DNA of 64,000 nt from Motiliproteus sp. (GTDB taxonomy: Bacteria; Pseudomonadota; Gammaproteobacteria; Pseudomonadales; Balneatricaceae), in NCBI GenBank assembly GCA_047633175.1, contig JBLIEQ010000014.1, positions 24,843-88,842 of the forward strand, in the 5' to 3' direction. Below the pieces are notes generated by a model, which saw only the letters and a list, made by a program, of their open reading frames with translations, had not been told where the DNA came from and ran no database searches. This document shows positions 37,685 through 47,361 of the stretch, one piece after another (the stretch's first letter is position 1; each line of letters opens with the position of its first letter). A program made the translations under genes and the position numbers.

Positions 37685-38068
37685 ATGCGCCTACTACATA
37701 CCATGCTCCGCGTCACAGACCTCGAGCGCTCAATCAAGTTCTATACCGAACTCCTCGGGATGCAGCTGCTGCGTAGCAGTGAGCACCCCGAGGGACGCTT
37801 TACCCTCGCCTTTCTCGGCTACGGTGATGAGGCGACTAACACCGCCCTGGAGTTGACCCACAACTGGGATACCGACCAGTACCAGCATGGCGATGCCTTC
37901 GGCCATCTCGCCATCGAGGTCGAGGATGTCTACCAGGCCTGCGCTCAGATCAAAGCCCAGGGCGGCAATGTCGTCCGCGAGGCCGGGCCCATGAAGCACG
38001 GCACCACCATCCTGGCCTTTGTAAAAGACCCGAATGGCTATTCGATCGAACTGCTTGGCCCAAAGTAA
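37685..38068 (+). CDS. gloA: lactoylglutathione lyase (glyoxalase I)
   Basis: MRLLHTMLRVTDLERSIKFYTELLGM... Confidence 0.93.
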   Translation: MRLLHTMLRVTDLERSIKFYTELLGMQLLRSSEHPEGRFTLAFLGYGDEATNTALELTHNWDTDQYQHGDAFGHLAIEVEDVYQACAQIKAQGGNVVREAGPMKHGTTILAFVKDPNGYSIELLGPK

Positions 38069-38114
38069 TCTCCGCCCTCCCCTAATGGACCCTTCACCCT
38101 GGACACCTGAATCG

Positions 38115-39398
38115 ATGCAGATCACTCCCGACGACATGCGCTTTGATCAGCAGCATATCTGGCACCCCTACAGTTCGATGACCGACCCGCAGCCGGTGTA
38201 TCCCGTCGCCTCTGCTCAGGGGGCCTACCTGCACCTCGCCGATGGCAGGCAACTGCTCGACGGCATGTCGTCCTGGTGGTCCGCTATCCACGGCTACGGT
38301 AATCCGGCCCTTAATGCGGCAGCCAAGCAGCAGATTGATGAGATGGCTCACGTGATGTTTGGCGGGCTCACCCATAAGCCGGCCATCGAACTCAGCCGTA
38401 AACTGGTGGCGATGACGCCCGAGGGGCTCGATAGGGTGTTCCTCTGCGACTCGGGGTCGGTCGCGGTGGAAGTTGCGATCAAGATGGCAATCCAGTACTG
38501 GCAGGCCCGCGGCCAAGGCGATAAGACCCGCATGCTCTCGCTGCATAATGGTTACCATGGCGACACCTTCGGGGCCATGGCGGTATGTGATCCGCTGAAT
38601 GGCATGCATGAACTGTTCAGCGGCGTACTGGCTCAAAACCTGTTTGCTCCCGCGCCTCAGTGCGGCTTTGAGCAGCCCTGTGCGGATGCCGACATCGCCC
38701 CGCTGCGCGCCTTGTTCGAGCAGCATCACCAAACGCTGGCTGCATTGATTCTCGAACCGATTGTTCAGGGCGCCGGCGGGATGCGTTTCTATTCGCCAGA
38801 CTATCTCAAACAAGCCAGGGCGCTCTGCGACGAGTATGGACTGCTGCTGATTGCTGACGAGATAGCGACCGGCTTTGGCCGTAGCGGCCGATTATTCGCC
38901 TGTGAGCATGCGGCGATCAGCCCGGATATCCTCTGCCTCGGCAAGGGCCTCACCGGCGGTTACATGACCCTGGCAGCCACACTGACGGCCGCCGCCATCG
39001 CCGACACCATCTCCGGGGGTGGCGCCGGTTGCTTTATGCACGGACCCACCTTTATGGCCAACCCCCTGGCCTGCGCGGTGGCCAACGCCAGCCTGCAGCT
39101 GCTTGAGGATGATCCCTGGCAACCCCGAGTAGCGCGCATCGAGGCCGGACTCAGGCAGGGGCTGGAACCCTGCCGAAAACTCCCGGGCGTCGCTGATGTC
39201 CGGGTACTGGGCGCCATAGGTGTGGTGGAGATGAAGACAGCGGTTAATATGAAGACAATGCAGCAAGCCTTTGTCGACCAGGGCGTCTGGGTCAGACCCT
39301 TTGGCAAACTGGTCTATGTAATGCCACCCTATATAATGACCACCGAGCAACTGGATCAGCTGACCCAAGCGCTGGTCACAGTCTTATCAAATAGCTAA
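38115..39398 (+). CDS. bioA: adenosylmethionine-8-amino-7-oxononanoate aminotransferase
   Basis: FDQQHIWHPYSSM...SSWWSAIHGY...ADEIATGFGRSG. Start chosen by length match to E. coli BioA; 38085 is also possible. Confidence 0.9.
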   Translation: MQITPDDMRFDQQHIWHPYSSMTDPQPVYPVASAQGAYLHLADGRQLLDGMSSWWSAIHGYGNPALNAAAKQQIDEMAHVMFGGLTHKPAIELSRKLVAMTPEGLDRVFLCDSGSVAVEVAIKMAIQYWQARGQGDKTRMLSLHNGYHGDTFGAMAVCDPLNGMHELFSGVLAQNLFAPAPQCGFEQPCADADIAPLRALFEQHHQTLAALILEPIVQGAGGMRFYSPDYLKQARALCDEYGLLLIADEIATGFGRSGRLFACEHAAISPDILCLGKGLTGGYMTLAATLTAAAIADTISGGGAGCFMHGPTFMANPLACAVANASLQLLEDDPWQPRVARIEAGLRQGLEPCRKLPGVADVRVLGAIGVVEMKTAVNMKTMQQAFVDQGVWVRPFGKLVYVMPPYIMTTEQLDQLTQALVTVLSNS

Positions 39399-39411
39399 GG
39401 ATTTCAGCCCT

Positions 39412-39852
39412 ATGGCACGTATCAAGATAGAGATGCCCCGTCACTTCACCTTTAGCACCGAATTACCGGTGCGCATCAGCGACATCAACTACGGGGGACA
39501 CTTGGGTAACGACGCCGTGCTGGCGATGGTGCATGAGGCACGGGTACAGTTTTTAAAGCAGTATCAATATGCCGAGCTGGATATCGAAGGTCTGGGCCTG
39601 ATCATGACCGATACGGCCATTATCTACAAAGCCGAGGGGTTTCACGGCGACCTGATTCAGATCGACGTGGGAATCGGGGATTTCAACAAATATGGCTGTG
39701 ATTTTTACTTCCTGCTCAGCAACCGCAAGACCGCCGTCGAGGTCGCCCATGCCAAGACCGGGGTGGTGTTTTTCGACTACGCACAACGCAAAGTCGTCGG
39801 CGTTCCTGAGGAGTTCAAGACCAAGTTCATCAAACAGGCCGAGAAGGAGTAA
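39412..39852 (+). CDS. hotdog-fold acyl-CoA thioesterase (4HBT/YbgC-like)
   Basis: 146 aa. ...RISDINYGGHLGNDAVLAMVHEAR.... Confidence 0.75.
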   Translation: MARIKIEMPRHFTFSTELPVRISDINYGGHLGNDAVLAMVHEARVQFLKQYQYAELDIEGLGLIMTDTAIIYKAEGFHGDLIQIDVGIGDFNKYGCDFYFLLSNRKTAVEVAHAKTGVVFFDYAQRKVVGVPEEFKTKFIKQAEKE

Positions 39853-39855
39853 TTA

Positions 39856-41232
39856 TCAATACTCCTGATAATGGCCCGCCGCCAGATCCTGGAACTTGGA
39901 GTGCTTGCCGATAAAGGCCAGCCGACAGGTTCCTATCGGGCCGTTACGCTGCTTACCGATAATAATCTCAGCCTGACCCTTATACTCGCTGTCTTCGTTA
40001 TAGACCTCGTCACGATAGATAAACATGATCACGTCGGCGTCCTGCTCGATCGCACCGGATTCCCGCAGGTCCGAGTTAACCGGGCGCTTGTTGGGACGAT
40101 TTTCCAGACTCCGGTTGAGCTGTGAAAGCGCGACTACCGGACAGTTCATCTCCTTGGCCAGCGCCTTGAGGGTTCTCGAGATCTCAGAGATCTCCTGAGT
40201 CCGGCTCTCGGCCTGTCCTTTCAGCGACATCAGCTGCAGGTAGTCGACCATAATCATTCCCATAGAGCCATGCTCGCGCATAATCCGCCGCGCCCTGGAA
40301 CGCATCTCGCTTGGCGAAATACCCGAGCTGTCATCGATATAGAGGTTCTTATCCTTGAGCAGATTGACCGCATTGGTCAATTTTGGCCAATCATCCTGCT
40401 CCAACTTACCATCCCGTACCCGGGTCTGATCGATCCGCCCCAGGGAGGCGAGCATCCGCGTTACCAGACCCTCGGCCGGCATCTCCAGGCTGAAGACTAG
40501 GATGGGTTTATCCTGTGACATCAGCGCATTTTCGACCAGGTTCATGGCGAAGGTGGTCTTACCCATCGACGGCCGTGCCGCGACGATAATAAGGTCAGAC
40601 TTCTGCATACCGGAGGTCATCTTATCGAGATCACTAAAGCCCGAGCTAAGGCCGGTCATGGTACTGCCGGAGGTAAACAGCTGATCGATCCGATCCAGAG
40701 CACTCTCAAGCAACGGATTAACGCTCCGCGGTCCGCCCTCTTTACTGCGCCCCTCGGCGATCTGCAACACCTTGCGCTCAGCCTCATCGAGAATATCCTC
40801 ACTCGATCGACCCTCGGTATAGAACGCCGTTTCGGAGATCTCATTCGCCACCCCGATCAGGCGCCGCAGGGTGGCCCGCTCCTTGACGATATTGGAGTAG
40901 GCGCGCACGTTGGCCGTGCTCGGCGTATTCCGGGCCAGGTCGATCAGATAGTCGATACCGCCCACCTGATCCTGGGCCTGATGCCGGTCCAGCTCCTCGG
41001 ACAGGGTCACCACATCGATCGGTTGCTCGGCCTTAAACAGCGTATCCATGGTCCTGAAGATGACCCGGTGCTCGGGGCGATAAAAATCGTCCGCGACGAT
41101 AATTTCATTAACGGCATCCCAGATGGAGTCGTCCAGCATCAGACCTCCCAGCACCGACTGCTCGGCTTCCAGCGAGTGCGGGGGGGTTTTGGCGCTAAGT
41201 AGTTCGGGATCGAGCTCTGAGATCTGCGGCAT
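39856..41232 (-). CDS. dnaB: replicative DNA helicase DnaB
   Basis: PHSLEAEQSVLGG and the Walker A ARPSMGKTTF. Start at ATG 41232 (MPQISELD...). Confidence 0.95.
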   Translation of the reverse strand: MPQISELDPELLSAKTPPHSLEAEQSVLGGLMLDDSIWDAVNEIIVADDFYRPEHRVIFRTMDTLFKAEQPIDVVTLSEELDRHQAQDQVGGIDYLIDLARNTPSTANVRAYSNIVKERATLRRLIGVANEISETAFYTEGRSSEDILDEAERKVLQIAEGRSKEGGPRSVNPLLESALDRIDQLFTSGSTMTGLSSGFSDLDKMTSGMQKSDLIIVAARPSMGKTTFAMNLVENALMSQDKPILVFSLEMPAEGLVTRMLASLGRIDQTRVRDGKLEQDDWPKLTNAVNLLKDKNLYIDDSSGISPSEMRSRARRIMREHGSMGMIMVDYLQLMSLKGQAESRTQEISEISRTLKALAKEMNCPVVALSQLNRSLENRPNKRPVNSDLRESGAIEQDADVIMFIYRDEVYNEDSEYKGQAEIIIGKQRNGPIGTCRLAFIGKHSKFQDLAAGHYQEY

Positions 41233-41330
41233 GGTGACAACTATAGAGTGAGAAGCGGGGAAACAAACGGCATAGGCCTGAGCAGCCACCAGCCGTGATA
41301 AAAGGTACCTTGTAGCTTACTAAAATTACA

Positions 41331-41369
41331 AAAAAAAAGCACCGCCAGGTTTCCCTGACGGTGCTTTTT
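41331..41369 (-). terminator. bidirectional-looking intrinsic terminator downstream of rplI
   Basis: AAAAAAAA-GCACCGCCAGG-TTTC-CCTGACGGTGC-TTTTT. Confidence 0.7.
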
Positions 41370-41441
41370 AATACTAAGCAGAATCACTGCGCGCAGCGAC
41401 CCGGCTAGTCGTATAGCCTTTACTTAACAGCTATTCAGCAA

Positions 41442-41888
41442 TTATTCAGCAACAACAGCCAGTTTGACTGTAGCAGTCACGGCGCTGTGGATCTGAACAT
41501 CGACCTCGAAGTTACCGAGTTCGCGGATAGCACCTTCAGGCAGACGCACTTCGTTTCTATCAACCTCAGCACCTGCGGCGATGATAAGATCTGCGATATC
41601 ACGAGTACCGATTGAACCAAACAGCTTACCTTCATCACCGGACTTAGCGACGATAGTTAGCTCGAGTACGTTCAGAGTCTCGGCACGTGCCTGAGCGGCA
41701 GCCAGCTTCTCAGCTGCAATCTTTTCCAACTCGACCCGACGTACTTCGAAGCTTTCGATGTTGGTCTTAGTCGCAGGGACCGCTTTGCCAAAAGGCACTA
41801 GGAAATTACGCCCGTAGCCAGCTTTGACGCTTACTTTGTCGCCCAGACCACCAAGCCTGCCAACATTCTCGAGTAGAATAACTTCCAT
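41442..41888 (-). CDS. rplI: 50S ribosomal protein L9
   Basis: [32 protein letters not shown]. Confidence 0.95.
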   Translation of the reverse strand: MEVILLENVGRLGGLGDKVSVKAGYGRNFLVPFGKAVPATKTNIESFEVRRVELEKIAAEKLAAAQARAETLNVLELTIVAKSGDEGKLFGSIGTRDIADLIIAAGAEVDRNEVRLPEGAIRELGNFEVDVQIHSAVTATVKLAVVAE

Positions 41889-41923
41889 CTCGTAAACCTC
41901 TTCAGTTTCTTCTGAGCCTAAGC

Positions 41924-42841
41924 TCAGGTTCTTGCCTTCAGCCGGTGTCTGATGTCGATAAAACTATCAGCAACTGCCAGCATGATCAGCAAGGCTATCA
42001 GATAAGGTCCGGCTATAAACATCCCCGTATAAAAGGCGATTAACCAAGACCTGCTTAAACTTCTTTTTGCAACGGTACCGTGGATCAATGCCATACCGGC
42101 CATCATAAAGGGCGTAATCATCACCGGCAGCCAGCGAACCATCTCCCCTGGCAGGCTATCGGCCAATACCAGAACGATCAGACCTGCCGCCGCAAATAGC
42201 CGCGGCAGCCGCAAACCGTGAAACTCTTCCCTGAATCCGCCAGGGTTGTAGAGCATCGACTGCCACCAGCGCGATAACGCCAGAGAGCTCAGCACAGTCC
42301 CGAGATAACTCGCCACGATCACGCCTAACAGCAGCTCTCGTAACCAGTTAACGTCGATCTCCTGGGCTACCTGCGGATGGGTCTGCTCGAGAATCTCGAT
42401 CAGCTGCCCCGCCGCTGTAGTGACCTGGATCAGCGTACCCGGCAGTAACGTATCGATCAGAAAACTGATCATCAGCGCCACCACGGTGGCCACAGACAGC
42501 GTCTGCGACCAGGATACGGTCCGCTTCAACACAACCGCCAGAGCGGTGGTCCCTATAAGAGCGACCAGGGGTGAAGCTTCATCCCGCCAAACCAGCCAGA
42601 CCAATGCGGGCAACAGAGCCCAGAACATCAATCCCACCCCGTCGCTGACCGTTCTTCGAAGAACGACCAGACCGACGATAGCAGCGCTCAGTGTCATCAA
42701 CACCGTGGCTACCAGCCCTAATAATAACCGGGCACTTCCCGCTTCGACCCACAAAAAAAGCAGTGGAATCGAAGCGCTCAGTACCGTTGCAACAATTGCC
42801 TGCAGCCGACCACGCATTACCCACTCGGCCAGTGCACGCAT
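41924..42841 (-). CDS. polytopic inner-membrane protein of unknown function, in the conserved slot between rpsR and rplI
   Basis: 305 aa with about 8 hydrophobic helices. As far as I recall, Pseudomonas-type genomes have a gene in the same position. Confidence 0.65.
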   Translation of the reverse strand: MRALAEWVMRGRLQAIVATVLSASIPLLFLWVEAGSARLLLGLVATVLMTLSAAIVGLVVLRRTVSDGVGLMFWALLPALVWLVWRDEASPLVALIGTTALAVVLKRTVSWSQTLSVATVVALMISFLIDTLLPGTLIQVTTAAGQLIEILEQTHPQVAQEIDVNWLRELLLGVIVASYLGTVLSSLALSRWWQSMLYNPGGFREEFHGLRLPRLFAAAGLIVLVLADSLPGEMVRWLPVMITPFMMAGMALIHGTVAKRSLSRSWLIAFYTGMFIAGPYLIALLIMLAVADSFIDIRHRLKART

Positions 42842-42864
42842 TATATCTTTTCCCTTAAGCCGAC

Positions 42865-43092
42865 TTACTGGTGGCTGTCGGTGTAGGGCAGCAATGCAAC
42901 ATAGCGAGCACGCTTGATAGCGGTCGCCAGCTGACGCTGGTATCTAGCCTTAGTACCGGTGATACGGCTAGGAACGATCTTGCCAGTTTCGCTGACGTAA
43001 CCCTTCAGGATCTCAAGATCTTTGTAATCGATCTGAACAACGCCTTCAGCGGTAAAACGGCAAAACTTTCTGCGGCGGAAAAAACGAGCCAT
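42865..43092 (-). CDS. rpsR: 30S ribosomal protein S18
   Basis: [13 protein letters not shown]... Confidence 0.95.
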   Translation of the reverse strand: MARFFRRRKFCRFTAEGVVQIDYKDLEILKGYVSETGKIVPSRITGTKARYQRQLATAIKRARYVALLPYTDSHQ

Positions 43093-43129
43093 TATGTCTC
43101 TCCTAATAAATGTCTATGCGTGAACTGAC

Positions 43130-43582
43130 TTATTCTGCGTCAGTCGCTGGAGTGTCTTCAGCAGCGGGAGCTGGAGCCGGAGCTTCGCTAGTCGCTGGAG
43201 CGTCGTCAGCCTGATCTTCACGCCTTGGGGCTTCACGGCGAGGAGGCTTACGGTCATCACGAGCTTCAGAAGCCTTGATAGCAGAAACACCTGTTACCGC
43301 TTCCTTCATCCGTACAACCAGGTTACGAATAACAGCATCGTTAAACCGGAACAGGTTGGACAGCTCGACCAGAGCTTCGTTGCTGCACTCAACATTCATC
43401 AGAACATAATGAGCTTTGTGGATCTTGTTGATGGGATATGCCAACTGACGGCGGCCCCAATCTTCCAGACGATGAATCGCACCGCTATCACCTTCGATAA
43501 TGCTGGTGTAACGCTCGATCATAGCCGGGACTTGTTCACTTTGATCCGGGTGGACCATAAACACGATTTCGTAATGACGCAT
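43130..43582 (-). CDS. rpsF: 30S ribosomal protein S6 (with extended acidic/Pro-Ala C-terminal tail)
   Basis: [23 protein letters not shown] lies upstream of ATG 43582. Confidence 0.95.
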   Translation of the reverse strand: MRHYEIVFMVHPDQSEQVPAMIERYTSIIEGDSGAIHRLEDWGRRQLAYPINKIHKAHYVLMNVECSNEALVELSNLFRFNDAVIRNLVVRMKEAVTGVSAIKASEARDDRKPPRREAPRREDQADDAPATSEAPAPAPAAEDTPATDAE

Positions 43583-43706
43583 TGTGTTCTCCTTATGGGT
43601 TAACAGCCTCCCAACACGCGAACCTGAGTGTTCAGTGAGAAGCAAGGAGTTAACTTGGTTTTGGGATCGCGGATGTTACAGCAATAGCAAACCACGGGCA
43701 AGCAGA

Positions 43707-44462
43707 TTAATTCGCTGCAGGCAGCGCCAGGGCCTGGCGCTGCCGCAGCGCCTCAAACAAACAAACGCCGGTGGCCACCGAGACATTGAGACTACTGACC
43801 GAGCCTGCCATAGGAATTTTGAGCAGTTGATCACAGTTCTCCCGAGTTAAACGGCGCATCCCTGATCCCTCAGCCCCCATCACCAGCGCCATCGGCCCTG
43901 TCAGTGATGCCTGACTCAGCGACTGCTCCGCCTCTCCTGCCGTTCCTGTAACCCAAACACCGGACTGCTGCAGCATCTTGAGCGTGCGCGCCAGGTTAGT
44001 CACCACGATATAGGGCACGGCCTCTGCGGCGCCACAGGCGACCTTGATTGCCACCGCATTAAGCGGTGCCGAACGATCCTTGGGTGCGATCACGGCATGC
44101 ACCCCGGCCGCATCTGCGGTCCGCAGACAGGCGCCCAGGTTATGGGGATCGGTGACCCCGTCGAGCACCAGTAAAAACGGCGCCTCATCCAGCCCACCCA
44201 GTAGCTGCTCGAGAAAGGTTTCATTGCAGGCCTGCAGCGCCTCGACCTCTGCGATCACCCCCTGATGAGAACCCTCCACCAGCCGATCCAGCGCCTTACG
44301 CTCCACCAGCTTCACGGCCACTCCCTGCTGCTGAGCCAGCTCCAGCACCTCCTGGATACGCTTATCCTGGCGCTCCTGCTGCACGACAAGGCCCTTGACC
44401 CGCGAGGACTGGCGTTGCAAGAGCGCGCTCACCGCATGGATACCAAAACAATACTGACTCAT
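43707..44462 (-). CDS. rlmB: 23S rRNA (guanosine-2'-O)-methyltransferase RlmB-type (SpoU family)
   Basis: An N-terminal SpoU_sub_bind-like region and SPOUT motifs (DPHNLGACLRTA, LVMGAEGSGMR, SLNVSVA). Its ATG overlaps the hemH stop as ATGA. Confidence 0.85.
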   Translation of the reverse strand: MSQYCFGIHAVSALLQRQSSRVKGLVVQQERQDKRIQEVLELAQQQGVAVKLVERKALDRLVEGSHQGVIAEVEALQACNETFLEQLLGGLDEAPFLLVLDGVTDPHNLGACLRTADAAGVHAVIAPKDRSAPLNAVAIKVACGAAEAVPYIVVTNLARTLKMLQQSGVWVTGTAGEAEQSLSQASLTGPMALVMGAEGSGMRRLTRENCDQLLKIPMAGSVSSLNVSVATGVCLFEALRQRQALALPAAN

Positions 44463-45481
44463 ACATCTGCTCCATACGCCGGCTCGAACCACTGTCCGGC
44501 CTGCTCTTTAACCAGCTGCAGCAGCAGCTCTATATGTACCGGATCCGCATTTAACGCCGGGATGTAGCGGTACTGCTCGCCGCCGGCCTCGACAAAGCCC
44601 TCGCGGTTCTGGATCGCAATCTCTTCCAGGGTTTCCAGACAGTCCGCCGAAAACGCCGGGCTGATCATATCTACCGACTTTACCCCCGCCTTGGCCAGAT
44701 CCTTCAGGGTGATATCGGTATAGGGCTTAACCCATTGGGCCGGACCAAAGCGAGACTGAAACGTAGCCAGATACTGGGTATCGTCCAACCCCAGCGAGGC
44801 CGCCAGCAGGCGTGCGGTCTGCAAGCACTGCTGCGGATAGGGATCGCCCTTATCGGCGTAGTCTTTAGGGATACCGTGAAAACTCATCAGTAGCTTTTCT
44901 GCCGGAGCCTGGGTCTGCCAATGCTGCCTGACCGACGCTGCCAGCGCCTCGACATAGAGCGGATGGTCATGATAATCCTTTGAAATACGGATATCTGCCA
45001 CCTCACGCTGTGCCAGTTGAAACCGGGCGACCTGATCATAAATAGGGGCGGTGGAGGTGGCGGAATACTGCGGATACAGCGGCAGCACCAGCAAGCGCTG
45101 GTAACCCTCCTGGCGCAGCTTAACGAGCAACCGACTCAGACCCGGCTCACCATAGGTCATCGCCGCATACACATCCGCAGACCGATCCCCATACTGCGCG
45201 TCCAACGCCTGCTGCAACGCCTCGACCTGTTGCTTGAGGATATTTCGCATCGGCGAACCCTCATCCCAGATAGACGCATAGAGCTTGGCGACCTTCGCCG
45301 GACGCACCCGCAGGATGAGCTGATTTAACACCAGCCACCAGAACCCGCGCTTCAGGCCCCCGCCTTCTATCACCCGCCGATCCCACAGAAACTCCTTAAG
45401 AAAACGGCGCACACCCTCGGCGGTCGCCTCTTTCGGAGTCCCAAGATTAACCAGAACAACCGCTGTTTTTGTCATATTCAT
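44459..45481 (-). CDS. hemH: ferrochelatase
   Basis: AVVLVNLGTPKEATAEGVRRFLKEFLWDRRV, LPLYPQYS. Confidence 0.93.
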   Translation of the reverse strand: MNMTKTAVVLVNLGTPKEATAEGVRRFLKEFLWDRRVIEGGGLKRGFWWLVLNQLILRVRPAKVAKLYASIWDEGSPMRNILKQQVEALQQALDAQYGDRSADVYAAMTYGEPGLSRLLVKLRQEGYQRLLVLPLYPQYSATSTAPIYDQVARFQLAQREVADIRISKDYHDHPLYVEALAASVRQHWQTQAPAEKLLMSFHGIPKDYADKGDPYPQQCLQTARLLAASLGLDDTQYLATFQSRFGPAQWVKPYTDITLKDLAKAGVKSVDMISPAFSADCLETLEEIAIQNREGFVEAGGEQYRYIPALNADPVHIELLLQLVKEQAGQWFEPAYGADV

Positions 45482-45826
45482 AAAAACCCTTCACCTCAAG
45501 CGCTCAGCTGCGCCCTCCCTATTTAAGCTGGGCCATTATTCACGACCCGGCGCTCAAAATACAGAGACCCACCCCCACAAACAGCGCCTCTTTGGCAATC
45601 AATCCTTTCCCTGCGCACCTCAAGCCGGCTGCGCACCGGAAAATCCGCCTCAAACGGCGGCCTGCTGTTACACCCAGAGCACAGGGCACAAGCAGAACCC
45701 TTCGCTGACCGACCTCAACAAACCGGTTGATCGCCGGTCCATTAACGTCGCCGACGACCTGGCAATTACCGGATGGAGTGCGGCCCAGCTCAAGCCTGTG
45801 CGTGTTAACCCGCCTGCATTGAGCGA

Positions 45827-46594
45827 TCAAGCCACGAGCCAGCCCTGCAGTCCTCTATATAACACCAGCAGCGCAGACGCCGTGGAGATAATCAAGAGCA
45901 CGGGTTTTGCTGAGCGGGCATTGATATGCCCGTCCAGCCTGGTGGCCAACCAGAACCCCAGCAGAACCCCCGGCAACAGTCCCAGGCTAAGCAACAGGCT
46001 GGCCTGGTCGACAAGGCCTTGCTGAACAAGCATCACGATAGAGATCGGCGTACCGATCAGAAAAAAAGCCGCCAGCTCATTACGCGCGGTAATTCGGTTT
46101 TGCTCCTGATAGACCAGCGCGATGGGAGGTCCTCCTATGGAGGTGGCGGTGCCGATCAATCCGGAAAAAAAGCCCCCTATTACCAGATTCCGGGGGGACG
46201 TTGTTATCCTGGAGGTCCGCCAAGTCAGCAAGACGGCCAGCACGAGCGAAGCCCCGAACATCAAGCTGAGACCGTATTGCGGCACCGCAACCAGCAGCTC
46301 CGCTCCACACCAGGATCCCGGCAGGCGGGCGATAATGGCCGGCATAATGCGTCGCCAGCTCAGCGTAGACTGCGCCTTGAAGACCACCAGAAGAGACAGG
46401 CTGAATCCGAGAATCAATATCGGACCAGGAACAAAAGCCGGATTAATCAGGTAGAGCAAGGGCGCGGCCATCAGGCCAAAACCGATGCCCACGCTGGTTT
46501 GCAGCAGGATACCGCAGGTCACAATCAGCAGTGCCAGCAGGTCAATATCAGCGAGGGCCATCAGGCATTCAGACAGGTCGATCAGCGCACACAC
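45827..46594 (-). CDS. TauE/SafE-family (DUF81) anion/sulfite exporter
   Basis: Polytopic, with two halves each carrying G..G....G(G/I)GGG-type motifs. An alternative start lies at 46561. Confidence 0.75.
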   Translation of the reverse strand: MCALIDLSECLMALADIDLLALLIVTCGILLQTSVGIGFGLMAAPLLYLINPAFVPGPILILGFSLSLLVVFKAQSTLSWRRIMPAIIARLPGSWCGAELLVAVPQYGLSLMFGASLVLAVLLTWRTSRITTSPRNLVIGGFFSGLIGTATSIGGPPIALVYQEQNRITARNELAAFFLIGTPISIVMLVQQGLVDQASLLLSLGLLPGVLLGFWLATRLDGHINARSAKPVLLIISTASALLVLYRGLQGWLVA

Positions 46595-46614
46595 TGACGC
46601 GCACGGCAGCCGTC

Positions 46615-47361
46615 TTAGCGACCACCGGCACCCTGCTGGGACAGATCGTTGTTGGAAACCAGGATCCCGGTACCTATTTTATTGATCTGAGCCCACACCT
46701 CGCTGTCGATCTCGATACCCCGCTCTACCGTCTGCTCCTTGTTTTTGGCGATGTCGGCAGCGCTGATATAGCGCGCATTGCGGTTACCCTTGGATTGTTG
46801 CAAAGACGCTGTCAGGTCGACCCTGGAACTACAGATAATCGTCAGCGACTGCTTGTCATCGACGAGGGGTATGCTGGTAATCGCTTCGCTGTAGCTGGGG
46901 TAGCGCTCACCGGCCTTGATCGCGGCGGCATGCTCGGTCACCACCGCACTACCGTTCTGCCAGTAGGCCGCCACACTGATGCCGCATCGACCTCGGTCAG
47001 TCAGCGCCTTGAGGATAAACATCCGGTTGTGGCAGTTATGTACGGTCACCGTGGCGATACCGTTCTCCAAGGCTTTGGCGTGCGCTAAATCGACCGATGC
47101 GGCGATGCAATTAAACGCGCTGCGGCCGTGGCTGTCGATAATGGCGGAGGTACTGTCCTCATAGATAACGCTACTCAGTGGCTTATCCAGATCATCGGTG
47201 ATGTAGGGAAGCGCATACGCCAGCTCGGCTAAACCATTAAGGCCATGCTTCTCCAGCCAGAGGATCATATTGGCGGCATCTTCATAGTTGCCGACACTAT
47301 AATGGGATGCTTCGAAGCAGCGGCGTAGGGCTGCCTTGAGTTCGTTCATGGATATATTCAT
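46615..47361 (-). CDS. conserved hypothetical protein (recalled as DUF3726-like; N-terminus reminiscent of the Ldh_2 family)
   Basis: 248 aa. Its start overlaps the upstream stop as TGATG. Confidence 0.6.
   Translation of the reverse strand: MNISMNELKAALRRCFEASHYSVGNYEDAANMILWLEKHGLNGLAELAYALPYITDDLDKPLSSVIYEDSTSAIIDSHGRSAFNCIAASVDLAHAKALENGIATVTVHNCHNRMFILKALTDRGRCGISVAAYWQNGSAVVTEHAAAIKAGERYPSYSEAITSIPLVDDKQSLTIICSSRVDLTASLQQSKGNRNARYISAADIAKNKEQTVERGIEIDSEVWAQINKIGTGILVSNNDLSQQGAGGR

Noticed and set aside
45540-45830. 96-aa minus-strand ORF in the hemH upstream region
   Set aside because: It has Arg/Gly/Ala-rich shadow-like composition and no start context. The region is more simply the hemH promoter/leader. 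I could not support an RNA element there either.
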